A stretch of DNA of 64,000 bases from an uncultured Gemmatimonadales bacterium (GTDB taxonomy: Bacteria; Gemmatimonadota; Gemmatimonadetes; Longimicrobiales; RSA9): the NCBI GenBank assembly GCA_963741945.1, contig CAVUKA010000002.1, positions 1 to 64,000 of the forward strand, written 5' to 3'. The notes below the pieces were generated by a model that ran no database searches, was not told where the DNA came from, and saw only the letters and a list, made by a program, of their open reading frames with translations. A program made the translations under genes and the position numbers. Each line of letters opens with the position of its first letter. Within the stretch, counting starts at the first letter, position 1. Shown here piece by piece: positions 19,259 through 34,339 of the stretch.

Positions 19259-20692
19259 GTGGCACCGCGGTTCGTGCGCGCGGCCCCGGGGCAGGGGCGC
19301 GCCCGCGCCTTCGACCGGTCCATCGTGGAAGGTCCGCTGGCGCCGGCGGTGTGGAAGATCGCGTGGCCGACCATGCTGCAGAACGTGATCGGCGGGATGC
19401 AGGGGATCGTGGACCACGTGATGGTGGGGAACTACGTGGGATTCGCGGCGAACGCGGCCATCGGGGTGAGCTGGCAGATCTTCCTGGTCGTCATCGTGTT
19501 CATCTCGAGCCTGTTCACGGGGATGAGCATCCTGGTGGCGCGCTTCGCGGGGCGGGACGAGCCGGAGAAGGTGAACCGGACGGTGTACCAGGCGTTCCTC
19601 ACGGCCACGGCCATGTCGCTGCTGGTCATGGCGCCGCTCGGGTACGTGCTGACGCCCACACTGCTGAACCTGGTGAACGCCGCGCCGGACGTGCAGGCGC
19701 AGGCGCTCCCCTACCTCCGGATCATGTTCGTGTTCAGCGGCGGGATGATGGTGTTCTTCATGCTCGGCGGCGCGCTCCGGTCGGCGGGCGACGCGCGCAC
19801 GCCGCTGCGCATTGGCGTGGTCATCACGCTGATGAACATCGGGCTGAACGTGATCCTGATCCGGGGGCTGGGTCCGATCCCGGCGTTCGGGACGAAAGGC
19901 GCGGCCATGGGGACCGTGCTTTCGGCGGCGATGGTGTCGTGGTACGCCCTCTGGCGGCTCTGGCACGGCGGCTGGGTCGTCCGGTTCCCGCGCGGCCCGG
20001 GCACGAGCCTGCGGCCGGACTGGTCGATCATCCGCGCGCTCTTCCGCTTCGGCCTCCCCACGGGGATCCAGGGGATCGCCATGAACGTCGGCGGCGTGCT
20101 GCTCCTGGGGTTCGTCGGGTCGCTGGCCATGAGCGCCGAAGCCCAGGCCGCGTTCGCGGTGGGCTACACCCAGCTCTTCTCCTTCATCACCTGGACGGCC
20201 GTGGGGCTCATGGGCGCCGCCGCCGCCGTCGCCGGGCAGAACCTGGGAGCAGGCGACGCCGACCGTGCCGACGCAGCCGTCCACGTGGCCGCGCGCATCG
20301 CCGCGGCCGCCGCCGCGGGCGTGGGCATCTTCTTCCTCCTCATCCCCCACCAGCTGCTCGGCGTGTTCGGCATGGACGACCCCGTGGTGGTGGGGATCGC
20401 CACGCAGCTGCTGCGCGTCCTCAGCATTTCCGGCCTCTTCGTCGCCACCGCCCTCGCGTTCACCGGCGGGCTCCAGGGCACCGGCGACACCAGGAGCCCG
20501 CTCTACATCTCCATCGTCTCCCAGATCGTCATCCCCCTCGGCATCTGCTTCACCCTCCAGCGGATGGGCCGGCTCGACCCCATCGACATCTGGCTCGCCA
20601 TCCTCGCCGGCCACGTCACGCGCTCCATGCTCAGCCTCGTCCGGTTCCGCCAGGGCAAGTGGCGGAGCATCGAGGTCGAGATCGGCGGGTGA
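19259..20692 (+). CDS. MATE family efflux transporter
   Basis: IAWPTMLQN...VDHVMVG, LRSAGDARTPL, GTKGAAMGT and GQNLGAG; about 12 hydrophobic segments. Confidence 0.93.
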   Translation: MAPRFVRAAPGQGRARAFDRSIVEGPLAPAVWKIAWPTMLQNVIGGMQGIVDHVMVGNYVGFAANAAIGVSWQIFLVVIVFISSLFTGMSILVARFAGRDEPEKVNRTVYQAFLTATAMSLLVMAPLGYVLTPTLLNLVNAAPDVQAQALPYLRIMFVFSGGMMVFFMLGGALRSAGDARTPLRIGVVITLMNIGLNVILIRGLGPIPAFGTKGAAMGTVLSAAMVSWYALWRLWHGGWVVRFPRGPGTSLRPDWSIIRALFRFGLPTGIQGIAMNVGGVLLLGFVGSLAMSAEAQAAFAVGYTQLFSFITWTAVGLMGAAAAVAGQNLGAGDADRADAAVHVAARIAAAAAAGVGIFFLLIPHQLLGVFGMDDPVVVGIATQLLRVLSISGLFVATALAFTGGLQGTGDTRSPLYISIVSQIVIPLGICFTLQRMGRLDPIDIWLAILAGHVTRSMLSLVRFRQGKWRSIEVEIGG

Positions 20693-20831
20693 CCGCTCGC
20701 CGGCGCGGCATCGATGGTCCGCGCGGCAGCCGGGGGGGGGCTTGTCCGGAACGATAATCATTGACGTCCCGCGCGCCGCACGCGAAGATTAACGCTCCAG
20801 CTCGCCCCCCGCCCGCACCGAGGCCAACCGT

Positions 20832-23486
20832 TTGAGCTCCCATCCTGCCCCGGCCGGCACGTTCCGGCCCGACTCTTCGCATGCCCGCCAGAACGCGCTG
20901 TTGCGGCTGAGCACGGCCATCGCCGCGGCGCGGGACGAGGACGGTGTGTGTCGCAGCGTCATCGAGGGATTGAACGACCCGGCGCTGGGCTACGACTTCC
21001 TGGGGATCTTCCTGCTGGACCCGGCGACGGGGGACCGTGTGCTGCGGGCGAGCCGGGGCTGGCGGGGAGCGGAAGCGGGGATGCGGGTGCCGCCGGGGCG
21101 CGGGATCTCGCACCGTGCGGTGTCGGACGGGGACCTCCACTACACGCCGCGGGTGACGGACGTGCGCTCGTACGTGCCGACGCTGGGGACGGGTGCGGAA
21201 GTGGACGTACCCGTGCTGGATGGCGGCGAGGTAGTGGGTGTGCTGGTGGTGGAGAGCCGTACGCCGGACGCGTTCGACGAGCGGGATTTCGACGTGCTGC
21301 GGGCTGCGGCGCAGCAGGCGGGGCTGGCGATCGGGCGGGTGCGGGTCCTGGATCGGGAGCGACGGCAGGCGGAGGAGCATCGTGCGCTGCTGGAGACGAT
21401 GCAGGACCTGTCGGGGGAGCTGGAGCTGTCGAAAGTGCTGCAGCGGGTGCTGGAGCGGGCGGTTTCGCTGCTGGGTGTGACGGGGGGAGAGCTGGCGATC
21501 TACCACGACGAGGAGGCGGAGCTGGAGATCGTCGCGAGCCACAACATCGGGAGCGACTCGACGGGGACGCGGATGGGACTGGGGGAGGGCGCGATGGGCC
21601 GGGTGGCGGAGACGCACGAGCCGCTGATCATCCCGAACTACCAGGAGTGGGCGGGCCGCTCGGACAAGTACGAGGAGACCACGGCGCGCGGGGTGATGGT
21701 GGTCCCGCTGCTGGTGGGCCATCGTCTGCTGGGTACGCTGGCGAGCGTGCACACGGAGGCGGACCGTACGTTCGGCGATGCGGACCTGCGGCTGCTGAAC
21801 ATGTTCGCGCCGCAGGCGGCGATCGCCATCGACAACGCGCGCCTGTTCGCGGGGGAGCGGCAGCGCTCGGAGGAGCAGCGTGCGCTGCTGGACACGATGC
21901 GGGACCTGTCGGGCGAGCTGGAGCTGTCGAAGCTGCTGCAGTCGGTGCTGAAGCGGGCGGTGTCGCTGCTGGGCGTGACGGGTGGGGAGCTGGCGATCTA
22001 CCATGACGACGAGGGCGAGCTGGAGATCGTCGCCAGCCACAACATCGGGAGCGACTCGACGGGGACGCGCATGGCGCCGGGCGAGGGGGCGATGGGGCGG
22101 GTGGCGGAGACGCACGAGCCGCTGATCATCCCGAACTACCAGGAGTGGGCCGGCCGCTCGGGGAAGTACGAGGAGACCACGGCGCTGGGCGTGATGGTGG
22201 TCCCGCTGCTCATCGGGCACCGTCTGGTGGGGACGCTGGCGAGCGTGCACACGGAAGCGGACCGGACGTTCGGGGAGGTGGACCTGCGGCTGCTGAACCT
22301 GTTCGCGCCACAGGCGGCCATCGCCATCGAGAACGCGCGGCTGTTCACGGAGGGGCAGCGGCAGCGACGGTACTTCGAAGCGGTGGTGCAGAACAGCCCG
22401 GTGGCCATCGTGACGCTGGACCTGGACGGGAACGTGTCGGAGCTGAACCCCGCGTTCGAGCGGCTGTTCGGCTACGCGCGCGAGGAAGCGCTGAACCGGA
22501 ACCTGGACTCGCTCATCAACACGGCGGAGACGCTGCGCGAGGCGGTGGACTACACCGTGGAGGCGGCGGCGGGCCGGCTGGCGCACGGGATCGGGAAGCG
22601 TCGTCGCAAGGATGGCTCGTACCTGGACGTGGAGCTGGCGGGCGTGCCCGTGGAGCTGGCGGGCGAGCGGGTGGGGATCCTGGCGCTGTACCACGATGTG
22701 ACGGAGCTGCTGGAAGCGAGGCGGGAGGCGGAGTCGGCGAACCAGGCGAAGAGCCAGTTCCTGGCGAACATGAGCCACGAGCTGCGCACGCCGCTGAACG
22801 CGATCATCGGCTACAGCGAGATGCTGGAGGAGGAGGCGGCGGACGCCGGGCAGGAGGACTTCATCCCCGATCTGGGCAAGATCAACAGCGCGGGGCGGCA
22901 CCTGCTGGCGCTGATCAACGACATCCTGGACCTGTCGAAGATCGAGGCGGGCAAGATGGACGTGGTGCTGGAGCGCGTGGACCTGCGGGTGTTGATCGGC
23001 GAGGTGGAAGCCACCGTGCAACCGCTGGTGCAGCGGAACGAGAACCGGCTGGACGTGGTGATCGACCCCGGGCTGGACGGGTTGGTGACGGACGGGGTGA
23101 AAGTGCGGCAGGTGCTGCTGAACCTGCTGTCGAACGCGTCCAAGTTCACGGACGGCGGCGAGATCCGGCTGCGGGCGGAAGCGGCGCCGATGACGGATGA
23201 AGTCCTGGTGCACGTGTCGGACAGCGGCATCGGGATGACGGAAGCGCAGCTGGGCCGGCTGTTCCAGGCGTTCAGCCAGGCGGAGTCCACCACGTCGCGG
23301 AAGTATGGCGGCACCGGCCTGGGCCTGGTGATCAGCCGTCGCTTCTGCCGCATGCTCGGCGGCGACCTGGCGGTGACGAGCGAGGCGGGCGTCGGCTCGA
23401 CGTTCACCATGCGCCTCCCGCGGGATTCGTCCGCCGCGGGGGCGGGCGCCGTGGCGGTGGCGGCGGCGGAAGGGAGGGCGTCGTGA
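20832..23486 (+). CDS. Sensor histidine kinase: 3 GAF - PAS - HisKA - HATPase
   Basis: Repeated GAF units ending QAAIAIENARLF, H-box [24 protein letters not shown] and GGTGLGL. Confidence 0.92.
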   Translation: MSSHPAPAGTFRPDSSHARQNALLRLSTAIAAARDEDGVCRSVIEGLNDPALGYDFLGIFLLDPATGDRVLRASRGWRGAEAGMRVPPGRGISHRAVSDGDLHYTPRVTDVRSYVPTLGTGAEVDVPVLDGGEVVGVLVVESRTPDAFDERDFDVLRAAAQQAGLAIGRVRVLDRERRQAEEHRALLETMQDLSGELELSKVLQRVLERAVSLLGVTGGELAIYHDEEAELEIVASHNIGSDSTGTRMGLGEGAMGRVAETHEPLIIPNYQEWAGRSDKYEETTARGVMVVPLLVGHRLLGTLASVHTEADRTFGDADLRLLNMFAPQAAIAIDNARLFAGERQRSEEQRALLDTMRDLSGELELSKLLQSVLKRAVSLLGVTGGELAIYHDDEGELEIVASHNIGSDSTGTRMAPGEGAMGRVAETHEPLIIPNYQEWAGRSGKYEETTALGVMVVPLLIGHRLVGTLASVHTEADRTFGEVDLRLLNLFAPQAAIAIENARLFTEGQRQRRYFEAVVQNSPVAIVTLDLDGNVSELNPAFERLFGYAREEALNRNLDSLINTAETLREAVDYTVEAAAGRLAHGIGKRRRKDGSYLDVELAGVPVELAGERVGILALYHDVTELLEARREAESANQAKSQFLANMSHELRTPLNAIIGYSEMLEEEAADAGQEDFIPDLGKINSAGRHLLALINDILDLSKIEAGKMDVVLERVDLRVLIGEVEATVQPLVQRNENRLDVVIDPGLDGLVTDGVKVRQVLLNLLSNASKFTDGGEIRLRAEAAPMTDEVLVHVSDSGIGMTEAQLGRLFQAFSQAESTTSRKYGGTGLGLVISRRFCRMLGGDLAVTSEAGVGSTFTMRLPRDSSAAGAGAVAVAAAEGRAS
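21384..22350 (+). repeat. Near-identical 498-bp tandem GAF-coding duplication
   Basis: Units start at 21384 and 21882 and share long identical DNA tracts. Confidence 0.85.
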
Positions 23487-26400
23487 GCCCGGGTGGCCGC
23501 CAGTCGGCGCTGCTCCGCCTGAGCACGAACATCGCCGCCGCGGACGACGAGCAGGACGTCTACCGCGCGGTGGTGAAAGGGCTGCAGGACGAAGCGATCG
23601 GGTACACGTTCGTCTCGCTGCTCATGGTGGAGCCGGAGACGGGCGACCGGGTGCTGCGGGCGAGCGTCGGCTGGAACGGCGGCCCGCGCGGCTACCGTCT
23701 GCACCCGGGCGAGGGTCTGACGGAGCGCCCGCTCCTGGACGGGGAGATGCACTACACGGCCGACGTTCGGCAGGACGATCGCTTCGTCCCGGGCCCCGTG
23801 CGCGGCTGCGAGCTGGACCTGCCGCTGAAGGTGGATGGCCGCGTGGAGGGCGTGCTGGCGGTGGAGAGCGCGGAGCGGGACGCGTTCGGCCCGGAGGATT
23901 TCGAGATCCTGATGGCGGCCGCGCAGCAGACGGGCCTGGCCATCGGCCGCGCGAGGCTGCTGGCGGCGGAGCGGCGTCGTGCGGACGAGCAGAAAGCGCT
24001 GCTGGACACGCTGGCGGACGTGACGGGGGAGCTGGAGCTGTCGCGGCTGCTGCAGTCGATCCTGGAGCGGGCGGTGCGTCTGCTGGGGGTGAGCGGCGGC
24101 GAGCTGGGGCTGGTGGTGGAGGCGACGGGCGAGCTGGAGATCGTGGCCAGCTACCGCATGGGGACGGACGCGGTCGGCACGCGGATGGCCCGTGGCGAGG
24201 GGTGCATGGGGCGGGTGGCGGAGACGCGGGAGTCGCTGATCATCCGCGACTACCAGGAGTGGATGCAGCGCTCGGTCAAGTACACCCAGGACGTGGTGCA
24301 GTCGGTCATGGCCGTGCCGCTCCTGGCCGGCGACACGCTGGTGGGCGTGATCGGCGTGGTGCACCGGGACCGGAACTACGTCTTCGAGACGGCCGACGAG
24401 CGGCTGCTGGACCTGTTCGCGCGCCAGGCCGCGGTGGCCGTGCAGAACGCGCGGCTGTTCCGGGCCGAGCGCTGGCGCGCGGACGAGCTGGCGGCGGTGC
24501 TGGACACCATGGCGGACCTGGCCGGGGAGCTGGAGCTGGGCGTGGTGCTCCAGACACTGCTGGAGCGCGCGGTGCGGCTGCTGGAAGTGACGGGCGGCGA
24601 GCTGGCGATGGTGGACGAGCGCACGGGCGAGCTGGTCATCGCGGCGAGCCACGACATGGGGGTGGACGCGGTGGGGACGCGGATGGGGTCCGGCGAGGGC
24701 GCCATGGGTCGGGTCGCGGCCACGCGCGAGCCGCTCATCATCCCGCGCTACCAGGAATGGGAGCACCGGTCGGCCAGCTACGCGGGGGAGACGGTGCAGA
24801 CCGTGATCGCCGCCCCTCTCCTCATCGGGGCGCGGCTGGTGGGCGTGATCGCGGCCGTGCACTCGGACGCCGGTCGCGAGTTCGGCGACGAGGACATGCG
24901 TCGCCTGCAGCTGTTCGCGCCCCAGGCGGCGGTGGCCATCGAGAACGCGCGGCTGTTCACGGCCGAGCGGACGCGGGCGGAGGAGCAGCGGGCGCTGCTC
25001 GAGACGATGCAGGACCTGTCGCGGCAGCTGGAGCTGTCGGTGGTGCTGAAGAAAGTGCTGGAGCGGGCCACGTCGCTGCTGGATGCCACGGGCGGGGAGC
25101 TGGCGATCTACCACGAGGAGGCGGGCGACCTTGAGATCGTGTCGAGCCACCACATGGGTGCGGACACGGTGGGGAGCCGGATGTCGCTGGGCGAGGGGGT
25201 GATGGGGCGGGTGGCGGAGACGGCCGAGTCGGTGGTGATGCCGCGCTACCAGGACTGGGAGCAGCGGGCGGTGCAGTACACGGGGGACCGGGTCCAGACG
25301 GCCATGGCCGCGCCCCTGACCATCGGCGGACAGCTGGTGGGCGTGATCGCCACGGTGCACTCGAGCCCCGATCGCAGCTTCACGGAAGACGACCTGCGCC
25401 TGCTGGAGCTGTTCGCACCGCAGGCCGCCATCGCCATCCAGAACGCGCGGCTGCTGGATGAGGCGGAGCGGGCGAACCAGGCGAAGAGCCAGTTCCTGGC
25501 GAACATGAGCCACGAGCTGCGCACGCCGCTGAACGCCATCATCGGCTACAGCGAGATGCTCCAGGAGGAAGCCGTGGACGAGGGCCAGGAGGACTTCGTC
25601 CCGGACCTGGAGAAGATCCACACGGCGGGGCGGCACCTGCTGTCGCTGATCAACAACATCCTCGACCTGTCGAAGATCGAGGCCGGGAAGACGGAGCTGT
25701 ACCTCGAGCCGTTCGACGTCCGTGAGCTGGTGTCGGAAGTGGAGTCGACCGTGCTCCCGCTGGTGGAGCGGAACGGGAACCGGCTGGAGACGAGCGTGGC
25801 CGATGGCGTGGACGGGATGACGGCGGACGTGACCAAAGTCCGACAGGTGCTGCTGAACCTGCTCTCGAACGCCACCAAGTTCACCGATCGCGGCACGATC
25901 CACCTGGACGTGGCCCCGGCGGCGGACGCGCCCGGTTACGTGGAGATGCGGGTGTCGGACGAGGGGATCGGGATGACCGAAGAGCAGCTCGGGCGGATCT
26001 TCACCGCGTTCGGCCAGGCGGAGGCCGCAACCACCCGGAAGTTCGGCGGGACGGGGCTGGGGCTGATCATCAGTCGCCACTTCTGTCGGATGATGGGCGG
26101 AGAGATCGACGTGGCGAGCGTCTACGGAGAAGGGACCACGTTCACCGTTCGCCTGCCGGAGAGAGTCGGTCCGGGCGCCGGCGCCACGGACGCGGAGCCT
26201 GCCGGCGCGGGCGCATCGGACCAGGGCGCGGCCATCGCCATGGCCGCGGGCGCCGGGCCGGGCGCCGAACCGGGCGGGGGCACGGCCGCGGGCGGTGCGG
26301 CCGCGGCGGCGCGCGCGGGCGGGCATCTCCACGGGCGCGGGGCGGACACGGTGCTCGTCATCGATGATGACCCGACGGTGCAGGACCTGTTGCGGCGGAT

Positions 26401-27094
26401 CCTGTCGAAGGACGGGTTCAGGGTGGAAGGCGCCATGGACGGTGCCGCGGGGCTGGAGCGGGCGCGGGCGCTGGTGCCCGACGTCATCCTGCTGGATGTG
26501 CTGATGCCGCGGGTGGACGGGTGGTCGGTGCTGTCCGCGCTGAAAGAGGACCCGGACGTGAAGGACGTGCCGGTGGTGATGGTGAGCATGCTGGACGACC
26601 GGAACCTGGGGTTCGCGCTCGGCGCCACGGACTACATCGTCAAGCCGGTGGATCCGCCGCGGCTGCTGGCGGTGCTGCGGCGGCTCTGTCCGGGGCCGAG
26701 CGGTCGGGTGCTGATCGTGGACGACGACCCGGCGTCGCGGCAGCGGCTGGCGAAAGTCGTCCTGGAGGCCGGGTGGGAGCCAGAGGAAGCGGAGAACGGG
26801 CGGGTGGCGCTGGAGCGGCTGCCGGTGGTACGCCCGAACCTGCTGCTGCTGGACCTGATGATGCCGGAGATGGACGGGTTCGAGCTCACGGCGAAGCTGC
26901 GGCAGGACCCGGAATGGCGGCAGCTGCCGGTGGTGGTGGTCACGGGGAAGGAGCTGACGGCGGAGGAGCGGGCGGAGCTGAACGGCTCCGTCGCCCGGGT
27001 GATCCGAAAGGACGAGGCCGGGCTCGATGCCCTCACTGCCGAGCTGCGCGGCCTGATCGACCGGGCGCGCGCGCTGGGAGTGACGGCGTCATGA
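23483..27094 (+). CDS. Hybrid histidine kinase: 4 GAF - HisKA - HATPase - 2 REC
   Basis: H-box SHELRTPLN; receivers VLVIDDD...LLDVLMP...KP and VLIVDDD...LLDLMMP. Confidence 0.92.
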   Translation: MSPGGRQSALLRLSTNIAAADDEQDVYRAVVKGLQDEAIGYTFVSLLMVEPETGDRVLRASVGWNGGPRGYRLHPGEGLTERPLLDGEMHYTADVRQDDRFVPGPVRGCELDLPLKVDGRVEGVLAVESAERDAFGPEDFEILMAAAQQTGLAIGRARLLAAERRRADEQKALLDTLADVTGELELSRLLQSILERAVRLLGVSGGELGLVVEATGELEIVASYRMGTDAVGTRMARGEGCMGRVAETRESLIIRDYQEWMQRSVKYTQDVVQSVMAVPLLAGDTLVGVIGVVHRDRNYVFETADERLLDLFARQAAVAVQNARLFRAERWRADELAAVLDTMADLAGELELGVVLQTLLERAVRLLEVTGGELAMVDERTGELVIAASHDMGVDAVGTRMGSGEGAMGRVAATREPLIIPRYQEWEHRSASYAGETVQTVIAAPLLIGARLVGVIAAVHSDAGREFGDEDMRRLQLFAPQAAVAIENARLFTAERTRAEEQRALLETMQDLSRQLELSVVLKKVLERATSLLDATGGELAIYHEEAGDLEIVSSHHMGADTVGSRMSLGEGVMGRVAETAESVVMPRYQDWEQRAVQYTGDRVQTAMAAPLTIGGQLVGVIATVHSSPDRSFTEDDLRLLELFAPQAAIAIQNARLLDEAERANQAKSQFLANMSHELRTPLNAIIGYSEMLQEEAVDEGQEDFVPDLEKIHTAGRHLLSLINNILDLSKIEAGKTELYLEPFDVRELVSEVESTVLPLVERNGNRLETSVADGVDGMTADVTKVRQVLLNLLSNATKFTDRGTIHLDVAPAADAPGYVEMRVSDEGIGMTEEQLGRIFTAFGQAEAATTRKFGGTGLGLIISRHFCRMMGGEIDVASVYGEGTTFTVRLPERVGPGAGATDAEPAGAGASDQGAAIAMAAGAGPGAEPGGGTAAGGAAAAARAGGHLHGRGADTVLVIDDDPTVQDLLRRILSKDGFRVEGAMDGAAGLERARALVPDVILLDVLMPRVDGWSVLSALKEDPDVKDVPVVMVSMLDDRNLGFALGATDYIVKPVDPPRLLAVLRRLCPGPSGRVLIVDDDPASRQRLAKVVLEAGWEPEEAENGRVALERLPVVRPNLLLLDLMMPEMDGFELTAKLRQDPEWRQLPVVVVTGKELTAEERAELNGSVARVIRKDEAGLDALTAELRGLIDRARALGVTAS

Positions 27095-30023
27095 GCGGGG
27101 GCCGGCGAGCCGTGAGCGCGGCCGAATCCGCGCTGGAGCGTCGCCAGTCGGCGCTGCTCCGGCTGAGCACCGGGATCGCGGCGGCGCGCGCCGAGGAGGC
27201 CATCTGCCGCGCGGTGGTGGACGGGCTCCGCGACGACGCGCTGGGCTACAACTTCGTGGGCGTGTTCCTGCTGGACGGGGCCACGGGCGAGCGGGTGATG
27301 TGCGCGGGTGTCGGCTGGGACGACATCCCGTCGGACCTCCGGCTGCCCGCCCACTCCGGGATCTCGGGTCGCGCCATCCGTGAGCGCACGCTGCAGTTCA
27401 CGCCGCGGGTGGCGGAGGACCCGGAGTACGTGCCGGGCCTGGGCACGGGCTCGGAAGTGGACGTGCCGATCCTGGACGACGACGAGGCGCTGGGCGTGCT
27501 GGTGGTGGAGAGCGCGTCGCCGGAAGCGTTCGGCGCCCGGGACTTCGAGATCCTGGAAGCGGCCGCGCGGCATGCGGGGATGGCGCTCGGGCGTCACCGC
27601 CTGCTGGCGGCGGAGCGGTGGCGGGCGGACGAGCAGGCGGCGCTGCTGGCCACGGTGGCGGACCTGTCGGCGGAGCTGGAGCTGGAGCCGCTGCTGGACG
27701 CGGTCCTGGAGCGGTCGGTGACGCTGCTGCGGGCGGTGGGCGGGGAGCTGGCGATCTACGAGGCCGCGGACGAGGAGCTCGTCGTGGTCTCGAACCACAA
27801 CATGAGCGAGAGCTCGCTGGGCGCGCGGCTGGCGTACGGCGAGGGCGCGATGGGCCACGTGGTGAAGACGGGGGAGATGATGATGATCCCCGACTACCGG
27901 ACGTGGCCCGGTCGCTCGCAGCAGTACACGCGCATCGACGCGCGCGCCGTGGTGGTGGCGCCGCTGCTCATGGGCGGGCGGCCGGTGGGCGCCATCAACG
28001 TGTGGCACGAGGACCCGTCGAAGTCGTTCTCCGAGGTGGACCTGCGGCTGCTGAACCTGTTCGGCCAGCAGGCGGCCATCGCCATCTCGAAAGCCCGGGA
28101 GTTCCAGCGCGCGAAGCGGGAGCGGGAGTACCTGGCGGCGGTGATGCGGAACAGCCCCGTGGCCATCGTCACGCTGAACCTGGACGAGAACATCGTCACG
28201 GCGAACCCGGCGTTCGAGAAGCTGTTCGGCTACCGGCTGGACGAAGTGGTGGGCCGGAACCTGGACGAGCTGATCACGAGCGAGGAGCAGCGGGCGGAGG
28301 CGGTGGCGTACACGCAGGCGGCGCGGGACCACGTGACGCACGGGCTGGCGGAGCGCACGCGCAAGGACGGCGGGATCGTGGAAGTGGAGCTGCTGGCCGT
28401 GCGCGTGGAAGCGGATGGCGAGCCGGTGGGGATGATGGCGCAGTACCACGACGTCAGCGACCTGCTGGACGCGCGGCGCGAGGCGGAGCGCGCGAACCAG
28501 GCCAAGAGCCGGTTCCTGGCCAGCATGAGCCACGAGCTGCGCACCCCGCTGAACGCCATAATCGGCTACAGCGAGATGCTGCAGGAGGAAGCGGAGGACG
28601 ACGGCCAGGACCACTACGTCCCCGACCTCCGGAAGATCCACACCGCCGGCCGGCACCTGCTGGCGCTCATCAACGACATCCTGGACCTGTCGAAGATCGA
28701 GGCCGGGAAGACGGAGCTGTTCCTGGAGCCGTTCGACGTGCGGGAGCTGGTGGCGGAAGTGGAAGCCACGATCCTCCCGCTGGTGGAGCGGAACGGCAAC
28801 CGCCTGCGCGTGAGCGTGGCCGGGGAGATCGGCGCCATGACCGCCGATGTCACGAAAGTCCGACAGGTGCTGCTGAACCTGCTTTCGAACGCGTCCAAGT
28901 TCACCGAGCACGCCGAGATCCGGCTCGACGTGGTGCCCTCGCCGGGGGCTCCGGGCGTGGTGGAGATGCGCGTGGCCGACCAGGGGATCGGGATGACCGA
29001 AGAGCAGCTCGGCCGGCTGTTCCAGGCGTTCAGTCAGGCGGAAGCCTCGACCACGAAGAAGTATGGCGGGACGGGCCTCGGGCTGGTCATCAGCCGCCAC
29101 TTCTGCCGGATGATGGGTGGCGACATCGACGTGGCGAGCGTGGCCGGCGAGGGGACCACGTTCACGGTGCGGCTGCCGGAGCGGGTCGGTGAGGCCGCGC
29201 CGGCGCCCGCGGCGGCGGAACCGGACGCGCCCCCGTCCGGCGAGGCGGGGACGGTACTGGTGATCGACGACGATCCGTACGTCCACGACCTGCTGCGGCG
29301 GGCGCTGTCGAAGCGCGGCTTCCGGGTGGAGACCGCGCTGGACGGTACCACGGGGCTGGACCGGGCGAGGGAGCTGCGTCCGGACGTGGTCCTGCTGGAC
29401 GTGCTGATGCCGGGCATGGACGGGTGGACGGTGCTGTCGCGACTGAAGGAGGACTCCGGGCTGCGGGACATCCCCGTGGTGATGGTGACCATGCTGGACG
29501 ACCGCAGCCTCGGCTTCGCGCTGGGCGCCACGGACTACCTGGTGAAGCCCGTGGAGCCCACGCGGCTGGCGGCCGTGGTGCAGCGGCTGTGCCCGGACCC
29601 GGAGGCCACGGTGCTGATCGTGGACGACGACCCCGCGGCTCGAGCCCGGCTCGCGCGGCTGGTGCGCGAGGGCGGCTGGCGGCCGGTGGAAGCGGAGAAC
29701 GGCGCCGTCGCCCTGGAGCGGCTGGAGAGCACGTCGCCGAGCCTGATGCTGCTGGACCTCGTCATGCCCGAGATGGACGGCTTCGCGCTGGCCGCGCGGC
29801 TGCGGGCGGACCCGGCGTGGCAGCACCTGCCGGTGGTGGTGGTGACGGGGAAGGAGCTGAGCGCGGAGGAGCGGGCGGAGCTGAACGGCTCCGTCGCCAC
29901 GGTGTGCCGCAAGGACGACGACAGCCTGGAAACGCTCTCGCGGACGCTGCACGGGCTGCTGGAGCGCCGTGGCGCGCCCGCGGGCGGGAACGGCGGGCGG
30001 ACGGCGGCGCCGGAGTCGGCGCC

Positions 30024-30027
<4 letters not shown>
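27091..30027 (+). CDS. Hybrid histidine kinase: 2 GAF - PAS - HisKA - HATPase - 2 REC
   Basis: Same motifs; ATGA overlap with the upstream gene. Confidence 0.92.
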
Positions 30028-33854
<3,827 letters not shown>

Positions 33855-33884
33855 AGCCGATCCCCTGAACGGAGAAGAGACCTG

Positions 33885-34262
33885 GTGCCGAAGATCCTGC
33901 TGGTGGAAGATGACGAGATGAACCGCGACATGCTGTCGCGCCGGTTGATCAAACGCGGCTACGACGTGGTGATCGCGACGGACGGACAGCAGGGCGTCGA
34001 CATGGCGCGGAGCGAGGACCCGGCCATCGTGCTCATGGACATGAGCCTCCCCGTGATCGACGGCTGGACGGCCACGCGCGCGCTGAAGGACGATCCGACC
34101 ACGGCCGCGATCCCCGTGATCGCCCTGACCGCGCACGCCATGTCCGGCGACGAGGACAAGGCGCGCTCGGCCGGCTGCGACGACTTCGACACCAAGCCCG
34201 TGGAGCTGAAGCGCCTGCTGGGGAAGATCGAAGCGCTGATCGGCGAAGTGTCGACCGGCTGA
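33885..34262 (+). CDS. Single-domain response regulator (DivK/CheY-like)
   Basis: ILLVEDD...VLMDMSLP...IALTAHAM...TKP. Confidence 0.93.
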   Translation: MPKILLVEDDEMNRDMLSRRLIKRGYDVVIATDGQQGVDMARSEDPAIVLMDMSLPVIDGWTATRALKDDPTTAAIPVIALTAHAMSGDEDKARSAGCDDFDTKPVELKRLLGKIEALIGEVSTG

Positions 34263-34339
34263 TCCACGGGCTGGCCTGCCTCCGGCGGCCGGCGCCAGGG
34301 CGAGGGCCCGACTCGATCCGTGGCCGACCGCCCCCCGTC

